Assembly (NCBI GenBank): GCA_964522535.1
Contig: CAZFWD010000064.1
Location: 1-34,053 of the forward strand
Direction: 5' to 3'
Length of the DNA stretch: 34,053 nt
Origin: an uncultured Desulfonema sp.
GTDB taxonomy: Bacteria > Desulfobacterota > Desulfobacteria > Desulfobacterales > Desulfosalsimonadaceae
Shown: positions 19,335 to 27,782 of the stretch, in pieces
How positions within the stretch are numbered: position 1 is the stretch's first letter
How the letters are laid out: the number at the start of each line of letters is the position of its first letter
Made by a program: the position numbers and the translations under genes
Notes under the pieces: model-generated
The model's input: only the letters and a program-made list of their open reading frames with translations
The model's database searches: none
Told to the model about the DNA's origin: nothing

Positions 19335-22285
19335 GGCGATCTGAACCCGGCGCCCAGATCGCTGTGCGCCCTAAGCACCTTGAGCCTTTTCTGAGCATCC
19401 CGGGTTAAGGCCGATTCTTTCGGTACAAACAGGTAGGCGTAGGCCTGTTCGTCGGACCGCCCCACGCGGCCGCGCAACTGATAAATCTGCGCCAGTCCGA
19501 ACCGGTCCGCCCGGTTGATGATCATCGTGTTGGCGTTGGGGATATCCAGGCCGGACTCCACAATCGCCGTGCTAACCAGCATGTCGATCTCCCGGTTTAA
19601 AAATTGATACATCACCTTTTCAAGTTCCGCCTCCCCGAGCCTTCCATGGGCGACCCCCAGACGCACCTCCGGCACCAGTTGTTGAAGCTGTTCCGCCAGG
19701 TTCCAGATGTTATGAATGGTGTTGTGGACAAAGAATATCTGTCCCTTCCGGGCAAGCTCCTTGCGCACGGCTTCGACAATCACGGCGGAATCGAACTCCG
19801 AAATATAGGAAACAATGGATCGTCTCAACTCCGGAGGGGTCTGAATGACGCTGATATCCCGAATGCCGAGCAGCGACAGGTGCAGGGTGCGCGGAATCGG
19901 GGTGGCGGTCATGGAGAGCACGTCCACCGCGGTGCGCATCTTTTTCAGCCTTTCCTTGTGTTTGACGCCGAACCGCTGTTCCTCGTCAATGACCATTAAA
20001 CCGAGGTCCTTGAACCGGACGTCTTTTTGCAGAAGCCGGTGGGTGCCGATGACGATGTCCGTTTTGCCCTGCTGCAGCCGCTCCAGAATCGCGCCCTGCT
20101 CTTTTTTGGAGCGGAACCGGCTCAGGCAGTCGATGGTCACGGGGTACCGCGCAAAACGTGCCGAAAAGGTCGTATAATGCTGCTCCGCCAAAAGGGTGGT
20201 CGGCACCAGAATAGCCACCTGTTTGCCGTCATAGACGGCTTTAAATGCGGCCCGAAGGGCGACCTCGGTCTTTCCGTATCCCACATCCCCGCAAATCAGG
20301 CGATCCATGGGGCTCGAATCCTCCATGTCGTCCATCACATCCTCAATCGCCTGAAGCTGGTCGGGGGTCTCTTCATACGGGAACCCGGCTTCAAACTCCT
20401 TCACATAGCCGTCCGAGAGGGAATAGGCATGCCCCTTGACCACCTTTCGAGCGGCATACAGGGACAACAGGTCGCCGGCGATCTTTTCCACCGATTTTTT
20501 CGCCTTTTCACGGACCCGCTGCCAGGACTTACCCCCCAGCCGGTCGACTTCGGGGGTGACCCCATCCACGCCCATGTACTTGGACACCCTGTCCAGGCGG
20601 TCCACCGGAAGATAAAGCCTGTCGCCATCCCGATATTCAATCAGCAGAAAGTCGTTGACCAGGCCCTCCACCGTCAGTTTTTTCAGCCCCTGATAAACCC
20701 CGATGCCGTGGTCGCGATGAACCACAAGGTCATTGCGGTTTAAATCGGAAAGATCGAACAACTCGGTATGAACCCGGTCACGCTTGCGTCTTCTTCCGGT
20801 TCGTCCCGACTTGGCGCCGAATATCTCTTCCTCGGTGATGATCGCCAGGGATTCCTCGTCCCAGACAAACCCGCCGGAAATCTTGCCGGTGCAGATGAAG
20901 GTCTTTTTGCTTCGCCCTTTTATTTCGCAAAAGCCGTCGTCTTTTACAACGGCATGAATGCCGTAAGGCTCAATCAGGGAATCAAGCCGTTTTGCCTGGC
21001 TCTGGGTGCTGCAGACCAGAACGGTCAAATACCCGGCGTCCTGCTTTTCAAAAATCCATTCGGCAAGGGGATGCAGCATCGGTTCATCTTTTTTTCCGCT
21101 CGTCAGCTTCGCCGTGATCTCGGTATTATCCGCTGCCGAAAAATGGATCGCGGTAGTTTGCCCCCCTTCGTTAAACCCGGGACCGGACGCCAGTTCTCTG
21201 AAGGTCAGCCGGCAGGTTCGTTCAAGCAGGCTTTGAATGGACGGCCAGTCCCGGTAAAGAAGGTCCGGCTCCAGGCAGAACCGGTGATCTTCCCGCGCGC
21301 TGAAATGGTCTTTGATGACCCGGTCTTTCTGGGCAACGGCCTGCTTCTCGATGTCACCCGGATCACACCGCACCCACACGGTGTTTTCGGCCGCATAATC
21401 AAACATCGTATCCAGACCGGCGTAAATCAACGGCAGAAACCCCTCGATACCGGAAAAAGCGCCCTCCTGATTGATCCGCCCAATAACGGCGTCCGCATTC
21501 ACCGAAGGGTCGGCGTGCGCCTTCGCATACGCGCTCACCCGTTCAACAACCTGCGGCCTTCCTTCCCGGTCCAGCACGACCTCCCGGGCCGGAAGAATGA
21601 CCGCCTCTTCCGCCTCCGCCACCCGTCTCTGGGTGAGTGCAGAAAAAAACCGAATCGAATCGATGGTATCCCCGCAGAATTCGATTCGAAGCGGCTCCGC
21701 GTACATCGGCGAGTAAATATCCATGATGCCCCCCCTAACCGAATACTCCCCATGCTCTTCGACAAGGGTCACCCGGGTATAGCCGCCGGCATCCAGTTTT
21801 GAAATCAATTGTTCCCTGTCCGTCTCTTCTCCCGTAAGCAGCAGTTCGGCATAATCGCAGACTACCCGCTTGGGGATCAGCCGCTCAAGCAGGGTTTCGG
21901 CCGGTATCAGAACAATCATCGGTTCGCTGCTTGCGGCCATTCGGTACAGGACTCGAATTCTTTGCGCCGCCGTCTCGTGATGATGGGCCACAGGGGTAAA
22001 CGGTGAAATATGATACGGCGCAAAGGTGCAAACCTCGGGAAACCCCGGGTCGGAAAAAAATCCAAGATCTTGCGCAAACCTTTCGTAGGCTTTCCATGTA
22101 GGCAAAACCATACAGACCGGCCCGTGAAACCCTCTCGCCAGGCAGGAAAAAAGATAAGCCCTTTGGCTGCCGCTGATTCCGGTGCATTCCACCCTTCCCT
22201 GATCCTGTTGAAGGATTTCCATCACCGACTGAATCCCTTGGCAGGCAAGCGGCCGGGCGCTGTTGGTATTGTGTAAAGACTGCAT
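19331..22285 (-). CDS. mfd: Transcription-repair coupling factor Mfd, N-terminal part (D1-D6 helicase motifs), ending prematurely by frameshift
   Basis: CarD-like RID (VVHRDHGIGVYQG), DEAD-box-like helicase motifs (GDVGYGKTEVA, DEEQRFG, SMTATPIPRT, QLRGRVGRS). The fragment ends ...DLGAGFRSP*. The start is uncertain: the ORF track uses TTG 22390, and candidate ATGs are at 22336, 22285 (GGAGAG SD) and 22222. Confidence 0.85.
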   Translation of the reverse strand: MQSLHNTNSARPLACQGIQSVMEILQQDQGRVECTGISGSQRAYLFSCLARGFHGPVCMVLPTWKAYERFAQDLGFFSDPGFPEVCTFAPYHISPFTPVAHHHETAAQRIRVLYRMAASSEPMIVLIPAETLLERLIPKRVVCDYAELLLTGEETDREQLISKLDAGGYTRVTLVEEHGEYSVRGGIMDIYSPMYAEPLRIEFCGDTIDSIRFFSALTQRRVAEAEEAVILPAREVVLDREGRPQVVERVSAYAKAHADPSVNADAVIGRINQEGAFSGIEGFLPLIYAGLDTMFDYAAENTVWVRCDPGDIEKQAVAQKDRVIKDHFSAREDHRFCLEPDLLYRDWPSIQSLLERTCRLTFRELASGPGFNEGGQTTAIHFSAADNTEITAKLTSGKKDEPMLHPLAEWIFEKQDAGYLTVLVCSTQSQAKRLDSLIEPYGIHAVVKDDGFCEIKGRSKKTFICTGKISGGFVWDEESLAIITEEEIFGAKSGRTGRRRKRDRVHTELFDLSDLNRNDLVVHRDHGIGVYQGLKKLTVEGLVNDFLLIEYRDGDRLYLPVDRLDRVSKYMGVDGVTPEVDRLGGKSWQRVREKAKKSVEKIAGDLLSLYAARKVVKGHAYSLSDGYVKEFEAGFPYEETPDQLQAIEDVMDDMEDSSPMDRLICGDVGYGKTEVALRAAFKAVYDGKQVAILVPTTLLAEQHYTTFSARFARYPVTIDCLSRFRSKKEQGAILERLQQGKTDIVIGTHRLLQKDVRFKDLGLMVIDEEQRFGVKHKERLKKMRTAVDVLSMTATPIPRTLHLSLLGIRDISVIQTPPELRRSIVSYISEFDSAVIVEAVRKELARKGQIFFVHNTIHNIWNLAEQLQQLVPEVRLGVAHGRLGEAELEKVMYQFLNREIDMLVSTAIVESGLDIPNANTMIINRADRFGLAQIYQLRGRVGRSDEQAYAYLFVPKESALTRDAQKRLKVLRAHSDLGAGFRSP

Positions 22286-22429
22286 CGCTCTCCAGTGCCG
22301 GCAAAGGGCCTCGGCGTGTCGCGTGTAAGCACCCATGTTTCCAATATATACCGCGAACTTGGCCGCAAAAACCGCTTGACGGCGATCCAAGACTGTGTTA
22401 GTGAGGTATGCGTCAAATGATCGCGGGAT

Positions 22430-22502
22430 GCCGACGTAGCTCAGCCGGTAGAGCAGCTGATTCGTAATCAGCAGGCCAGCGGTTCGATTCCGCTCGTCGG
22501 CT
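22430..22502 (+). tRNA. tRNA-Thr (anticodon CGT)
   Basis: Hand-folded cloverleaf. Acceptor GCCGACG/CGTCGGC, D stem GCTC/GAGC, anticodon stem GCTGA/TCAGC with loop TTCGTAA, and T stem AGCGG/CCGCT with loop TTCGATT. It is 73 nt long and CCA is not encoded. Confidence 0.95.
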
Positions 22503-23037
22503 TCAGATGTAGGGAGGTTCTGCGCATACCGCGACGTTTTTTAAATCGAGCATACTCCATAACAAAAAACGATTGAATACTTCAAGTGGAGACTTTACAT
22601 TTAAAACGGCTCGGAATAAGGCTCAAGAAAACAGGATGCGAATTGGGCGGATATCTATTCAAAAAAGTTATAAATTATCTTGACATGCACGTTAAATATC
22701 TTTATCTGTAATGATACCAATACGATTTACCAATAAACGGGTGACGGTGAGGGTTTATTCCAACGACAAGAGGTGATTTGCTCATACCTTAAAACCATTA
22801 CCGGCTGCAGCCCCTATCGACCATGAATATACCGGACGACCTCAGCCTCAAGGCTGAAATAGACCAAATATTTAAAAGGATTGACGACATCCTGGCCGCG
22901 GTAAAGCCGTATCAGCCGGCTGAAAAACCCGCTGAGGTCGCCGAACCAACAGAATGTGACGCGCAAACATAAAATAGAAATTTTTGTTTTTTTGATACCG
23001 GAACCACTCAACAACAGGCCTATCAGGAGGGGTCGCA

Positions 23038-23319
23038 ATGGCGTTAACAAAAAATAAGATTGTTGAAAGGGTGAATGAGCTCGGATTTACGAAAAAAAAA
23101 TCGGTTGAGATCGTTGAATCCCTGCTGGAAATCATCAAGCAAAGCCTGGAATCTGGAGAGGATGTTCTGGTATCAGGTTTTGGAAAGTTTTGCGTCAAGA
23201 AAAAATCCACCCGCCGGGGCAGGAACCCGGCAACCGGTGATGACCTGATTCTAGACGAAAGAAACGTCGTCACCTTCAAATGCTCCGGCAAGCTCAGGGA
23301 CAGAATCAACAACGAGTAA
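23038..23319 (+). CDS. ihfA: Integration host factor alpha-like HU-family protein
   Basis: MALTKNKIVERV...GFGKFCVKKKSTRRGRNPATGDDLILDERNVVTFKCSGKLRDRI parallels E. coli IhfA (MALTK..., GRNPKTGEDI..., VVTFRPGQKLK). An AGGAGGGG SD lies upstream. Confidence 0.88.
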   Translation: MALTKNKIVERVNELGFTKKKSVEIVESLLEIIKQSLESGEDVLVSGFGKFCVKKKSTRRGRNPATGDDLILDERNVVTFKCSGKLRDRINNE

Positions 23320-23408
23320 CCGCCGGACCGATCGAAAAACTGCATCAATCCTGAAGCAGCCTAAGGCAGCAGCCGGAGGGGCTGCCTCCTGGGTGAAAAA
23401 CCGGCGCC

Positions 23409-24785
23409 TTACTCCGTCGAAATGTTGTAGGCCTTCATTTTGCTCAAAAGAGAAGGATGGCTGATCTCAAGCAGGCGCGCGGCATGGGTGCGGTTCCCGT
23501 CGCTCGCCTCAAGGGCGCGGCGGATCAAAGTTTTCTCTAAAATTTCCTTCCCGGTCTTCAGGGAGAACCCTTGAAAAACAGCCTCCATGCCCTGTCCCTG
23601 TGACCCCTCCAGAAGCGCGGGCGGAAAATTTTCCGGAACCAGGGTTTCCCCTTCTGCGAGAACCACCGCTCGTTCAATCATGTTTTCAAGCTCTCTCACA
23701 TTTCCAGGCCAGCTATGAGACAGCAGGATCGACAGGGCGGCCGAAGAAATGCCTGCGACCGGCTTTTTCAGTTTTTTGCTGAAACGCTCGATAAAATGAT
23801 TGCACAAAAGCGGAATATCCTCGGTGTGCTCGATCAGCGGAGGCAGATGAATCGGCAACACGTTTAACCGGTAAAACAGGTCCTCGCGAAAACCGCTTTT
23901 TTCCACCTCCGCTTCAAGCCGCTTGGATGTCGCCGCAAGGATGCGCACATCAACCCGCCGGGACCTGGTGTCGCCGACCGGGCGTATCTCGTTGTCCTGG
24001 AGCACCCGCAGCAGCTTGGCCTGCAGCGCAAGGGGCAGGTCCCCGACCTCATCTAAAAAAATCGTCCCGCCTGAGGCCGCTTCAAAAAGCCCGGCATGGT
24101 TCTGGTCCGCTCCGGTGAATGCGCCCTTTCTGTACCCGAACATTTCACTCTCAAGTAATGTTTCAGGAATGCCGCAGCAATTAACTATAATTAATTCTTT
24201 TTTAGCTCGTTTACTGCTGAAATGAATTCCCCGGGCGATCAGTTCCTTTCCGGTTCCGCTGTCGCCGGTGATCAGGACCGTGGTGTCAAACTGGGAGACC
24301 TTTTTTGCAAGATCAAACACCGCCTGCATTCTCTGGCTCTTGGCGATCATTCGCCCGAAACCGGCGGCCGCTTCGATGGCCTTGATTTTTTCCTTTAACC
24401 GAAGGTTTTCATTTTTTAACCGCTCCTGATCCTCGGCCTTTTGAATGGTCAGCAGCACCTCGTCGGGCTTAAAGGGTTTGGAGATGTAGTCATAGGCGCC
24501 CAGTTTCATGGCTTCAACAGCGGTATCGATGGTTCCATAGGCCGACATCATGATGACGCTGCAATCTTCCAGCCGTTTCCCGGCCTTTTTCAAAAACGTG
24601 ATCCCGTCCATTTTCGGCATGCGAATATCGCAAAGGATAAAATCATAGCGGGTGTCTTCAAGCTTTTTCAGGGCGAAAACCCCGTCCGCGGCCGTATCCA
24701 CTCCATAGCCGGCCCCGGACAGCAGCGCCTGCAGCATGTGCCGCATGTTTTCTTCATCATCTATGACCAGAATACGCTTTTCCAT
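23409..24785 (-). CDS. Sigma-54-dependent response regulator (NtrC family: REC, AAA+, Fis-type HTH)
   Basis: REC domain (DIRMPKMDG), Walker A GDSGTGKE, GAFTGA sigma54-contact motif, RILAAT, and C-terminal HTH GNRTHAARLLEISHPSLLSKMK. Confidence 0.93.
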   Translation of the reverse strand: MEKRILVIDDEENMRHMLQALLSGAGYGVDTAADGVFALKKLEDTRYDFILCDIRMPKMDGITFLKKAGKRLEDCSVIMMSAYGTIDTAVEAMKLGAYDYISKPFKPDEVLLTIQKAEDQERLKNENLRLKEKIKAIEAAAGFGRMIAKSQRMQAVFDLAKKVSQFDTTVLITGDSGTGKELIARGIHFSSKRAKKELIIVNCCGIPETLLESEMFGYRKGAFTGADQNHAGLFEAASGGTIFLDEVGDLPLALQAKLLRVLQDNEIRPVGDTRSRRVDVRILAATSKRLEAEVEKSGFREDLFYRLNVLPIHLPPLIEHTEDIPLLCNHFIERFSKKLKKPVAGISSAALSILLSHSWPGNVRELENMIERAVVLAEGETLVPENFPPALLEGSQGQGMEAVFQGFSLKTGKEILEKTLIRRALEASDGNRTHAARLLEISHPSLLSKMKAYNISTE

Positions 24786-26330
24786 TTACGTCCTGTTACG
24801 GCTTTCCTCTTTTAAGACCTCGGGCGGTGATGTTTCCCACAGGGGGAGTGTTATCACCATCTGCGTTCCCTTGCCGGGCGTGCTTTGGACCGAAATGCTG
24901 CCGCCCATCTGCTCAATGATCGCATGGCTGGCTGAAAGCCCCAGTCCGGTCCCCTTTCCCGGTTCCTTGGTAGTATAAAATGGATCAAAGATATTGTCGA
25001 TATCTTGCTTTGCAATACCGATTCCATTATCGGATACAATCAACTTAAATAGCGGCGGTCCCTGGTCCGCCGCCTCCTTCGTGATAAGCCGTATTTCGCC
25101 CCTTGACGGATCGCCGGTCGCGGAAACGGCGTCTGCGGCATTGATCATCAGGTTCAACAACACCTGCCGAAGCTGCTGGGGATCTCCGTAAACCGTATCC
25201 TGCGAAGCCGACAGCCGGCTGAGAATTTGAATATTTGCCATGAGGGGATGATGGGCCATGCTTTCCACCGCGTCCTGAATCATTTCATGCGCGGAGAGAA
25301 TGACCGGCCGACCCGGCGAGGCCCGTGATACATCCAGCAGCTGACGAATGATCAGATGAATCCGGTTGATCTCCGCCTCGGCGCGGTCGATGAACTCCCT
25401 GCCGGCCGCATCGGACAAAGCTACGGAATTTTTGCGAAGAAGACCGAGGTAGCCCAGCACCACCCCCACGGGGTTTCCGATCTCATGGGCGATGCCGGCG
25501 GCAAGCCTTCCCACAGAGGCCAGTTTTTCCGCCCGGATCATGTCGTTTTGCGCCTTTTGAAGCTCGGTGTTCGCCGTCTGAAGCGATTCCAAGGAGGCCC
25601 TCAAGCGTTCCTTGTCCGCCGAAATACGCTGGATCATCTGGTTCAACGCGTTTGACAGCCGATTAAACTCATGCTGCCGCTTTTGCGGAAAAAAATGCAG
25701 AGACGGCGCAGCGCCGTATCCCTCGGTGGCCCGGATCATCCGTTGAAGGGGTTTTAACACCAGCCGGGACATTCGATACACCCCGATCAGCAGAACGATA
25801 AAAAGGTTGGCAATCAGGTACGGCGCCACGTTTTTCTGGGACCTGCGCAGGGTCTGATAAATCTCATTCAGGTCCACCACCAGGGTTCCGGCGCCGGCAA
25901 CCCGGTCGGCGTCCAGAAAGGGATTGGACAGGATCAGATACCTTTTCTGTTTCCAGAACACCCCCCAGGCTTCACCGACATAGCGGATTTCCGGTATTCC
26001 GGTTTCTTCCACCCGCCGGGTCAGCTCGCGGATATCGATCCCAATATTGCCGTCGATCCGGGAAAACGCATATGCCCTGCCCGAAGGGGCATGCAGATCC
26101 AGCATAACATAGCCTGAAAAGCCTTCCAGTCCAACGCCGGCAGGGTTGTCCATCTGTTCCATGAAAGTGGATAAGGCGTGGCGGGCCTGTCCTACTTTTT
26201 CCAGAATCAGATGATGTTCAACAATTCGGACCCCCACGACATCCACCGACAACACCGCAAGCGAAAGCAGCAGGGCCAAATCAAGGGCAATCCTGGTTTT
26301 TAAGCTTTGAAAAAACACGGCCTGATTCAT
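24786..26330 (-). CDS. Sensor histidine kinase (two TM segments, periplasmic sensor, HAMP-like linker, HisKA, HATPase_c)
   Basis: H-box AHEIGNPV, N-box NLMINAADA, G-boxes DNGIGI and GKGTGLGL. The stop codon abuts the response-regulator start (TAAATG). Confidence 0.92.
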   Translation of the reverse strand: MNQAVFFQSLKTRIALDLALLLSLAVLSVDVVGVRIVEHHLILEKVGQARHALSTFMEQMDNPAGVGLEGFSGYVMLDLHAPSGRAYAFSRIDGNIGIDIRELTRRVEETGIPEIRYVGEAWGVFWKQKRYLILSNPFLDADRVAGAGTLVVDLNEIYQTLRRSQKNVAPYLIANLFIVLLIGVYRMSRLVLKPLQRMIRATEGYGAAPSLHFFPQKRQHEFNRLSNALNQMIQRISADKERLRASLESLQTANTELQKAQNDMIRAEKLASVGRLAAGIAHEIGNPVGVVLGYLGLLRKNSVALSDAAGREFIDRAEAEINRIHLIIRQLLDVSRASPGRPVILSAHEMIQDAVESMAHHPLMANIQILSRLSASQDTVYGDPQQLRQVLLNLMINAADAVSATGDPSRGEIRLITKEAADQGPPLFKLIVSDNGIGIAKQDIDNIFDPFYTTKEPGKGTGLGLSASHAIIEQMGGSISVQSTPGKGTQMVITLPLWETSPPEVLKEESRNRT

Positions 26331-26439
26331 TCACCAATGGGTTCAAGGGGGAATCCGCATACCCCTCCGGATGCTCTGAATATAAAAACATTTTAAATAA
26401 TTATCAATGAATTTATCCCGGGGCATCAGAGCATTACGG

Positions 26440-26468
26440 TTTACACCCTTTCTTGAATGGGCTATATT
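26440..26468 (+). promoter_or_regulatory. Probable sigma70 promoter (-35 TTTACA, 17-nt spacer, -10 TATATT) for the small-membrane-protein/MBL operon
   Basis: Hexamers read at 26440-26445 and 26463-26468, about 50 nt upstream of the ATG at 26521. Confidence 0.5.
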
Positions 26469-26520
26469 CATCCCGTCTGAAGCGTTAAACCCGGAATCAT
26501 CTCAGGACAGGGAGGCATCC

Positions 26521-26727
26521 ATGCGGGGAGCGTTTTTCGTGGTGATTTTAATCGCCATGCTGATTGTCGGAATCCTTGTGATTCGGGACATGAAAACCGA
26601 AACCGAAAAAGGCGTCACCAAAACCGAGGCCATCGACAGAGCCAGAGAGACGGCGCATACCGTTGATGACGCCATGCAAAAAATAAAGGATGCGGCCAAA
26701 CAAAGCGGCAAGGGGAATACGCCGTGA
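26521..26727 (+). CDS. Small membrane protein (68 aa, one N-terminal TM helix)
   Basis: ATG 26521 is preceded by a GGGAGG SD. MRGAFFVVILIAMLIVGILVI is followed by a charged helical tail. The longer ORF-track form (26407) lacks an SD and would span the predicted promoter. Confidence 0.55.
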   Translation: MRGAFFVVILIAMLIVGILVIRDMKTETEKGVTKTEAIDRARETAHTVDDAMQKIKDAAKQSGKGNTP

Positions 26728-26739
26728 GAAGGCCCCTGC

Positions 26740-27765
26740 GTGTTGCCGCCGGATTTTAAAAAACCCGTGATGGACGTTGAGGGAAAAAAACTGACCCTGC
26801 GCGAGATGGCAGAGCGCCGGCTTCACCATGGAAACGGCCGTTTTCGCAACCCCTTTGCCGAAGATGACCGGCGCATTCTTACGCGGGTGCTGTACTGGAA
26901 GCTGTTTGCTCAAAACCCCTATGCGAGTCTTTATAAAAATGAAAGGCGGGTTCCGGTAAGGGTGGACTGGCCGGCCGTAAAACAGGCCAAAGGGCTGTCC
27001 ATCACCTACCTCAAACACGCCTGCCTGTTGATCAAGGACCGAGGCGCCCATCTGCTCATCGATCCCGTGTTTTATGGGCTGCCGGGATTTATTCGGGATT
27101 TCACCCCTTTTGATTTTGATCCTCGAAAAATCCCAAGCCCGGATCATGTTCTGATCACCCACGGCCACTATGATCACCTGGATAAACGAACCCTGGCCGG
27201 TCTGGGTAAAAAGGCGCACCTGATCGCTCCCTTGGGTTACCAGCGCCTCTTTTCTGATTTAAAAACAAAAAACATCACGGCCCTCGACTGGTATGGGTCC
27301 TTCTCTACAGACGGGCGGCGCATCACCCTGCTTCCCTGCCGCCACTGGAGCATGCGAAACCCCGTCACCGGCCCCGATCGGTCCCTGTGGGGCAGTTATC
27401 TGATTGAAACCGCCAGCGGGCCGACCCTCTACATCGCCGGAGACACCGCCTTTTTTGAAGGCTTTGAAGAGATCGGCCGCGACTATCCCATCGACCTTGC
27501 GATTTTCAACCTCGGGGCCTATGCCCCCCGCTGGGTTATGGCGCAAAGCCACATGAACCCGAAGGAAACGGTCCGTGCCTTTGAGCTTGTCGGCGCTAAA
27601 AAGCTGATGATCGTCCACTGGGGCAGTTTCCGGCTCGGGGATGAGCCGGTCTATCTGCCACCGATCGACCTTGAACGGGAGCTTGAAAAAAAGGGACTGA
27701 TGAAAAAGTGGGTCCAAATTCGCCACGGTCAAACCGTCGATGTGGAGAAGGCCCTGGCGGATTGA
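26740..27765 (+). CDS. MBL-fold metallo-hydrolase (NAPE-PLD-like subgroup)
   Basis: HGHYDHLD (HxHxDH) zinc motif, downstream His/Asp ligand positions, and GNGRFRNP near the N-terminus as in the NAPE-PLD-like branch. The start is either GTG 26740 or ATG 26770. Confidence 0.85.
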   Translation: MLPPDFKKPVMDVEGKKLTLREMAERRLHHGNGRFRNPFAEDDRRILTRVLYWKLFAQNPYASLYKNERRVPVRVDWPAVKQAKGLSITYLKHACLLIKDRGAHLLIDPVFYGLPGFIRDFTPFDFDPRKIPSPDHVLITHGHYDHLDKRTLAGLGKKAHLIAPLGYQRLFSDLKTKNITALDWYGSFSTDGRRITLLPCRHWSMRNPVTGPDRSLWGSYLIETASGPTLYIAGDTAFFEGFEEIGRDYPIDLAIFNLGAYAPRWVMAQSHMNPKETVRAFELVGAKKLMIVHWGSFRLGDEPVYLPPIDLERELEKKGLMKKWVQIRHGQTVDVEKALAD

Positions 27766-27782
27766 GGCCTGTGGAATGAGGG

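Noticed and set aside
22400-22560. tRNA-Thr as a possible integration hotspot or genomic-island boundary.
   Set aside because: There is no integrase, no direct repeat of the tRNA 3' end and no phage- or plasmid-like genes nearby. The flanking genes (mfd, ihfA) are core housekeeping.
22814-23348. Minus-strand ORFs of 78 aa and 158 aa overlapping ihfA, and a 104-aa minus-strand ORF (8793-9107) overlapping hup.
   Set aside because: They are antisense to well-supported HU/IHF genes and extend into AT-rich spacers. They have no SD or motif support.
23340-23400. The hairpin GGCAGC-N10-GCTGCC between the convergent ihfA and response-regulator genes, considered as a bidirectional terminator.
   Set aside because: The stem is plausible, but neither strand has a following U-tract. 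This is too weak to list as a feature.
26331-26520. A sigma54 (-24/-12) promoter in the spacer next to the NtrC-type regulator.
   Set aside because: The only GG...GC candidate (GGGGCATCAGAGCAT, about 26420-26434) has the wrong GG-to-GC spacing by one nucleotide. TGGCA-like strings elsewhere (for example about 3196, 5614 and 28144) are inside coding regions and also mis-spaced.
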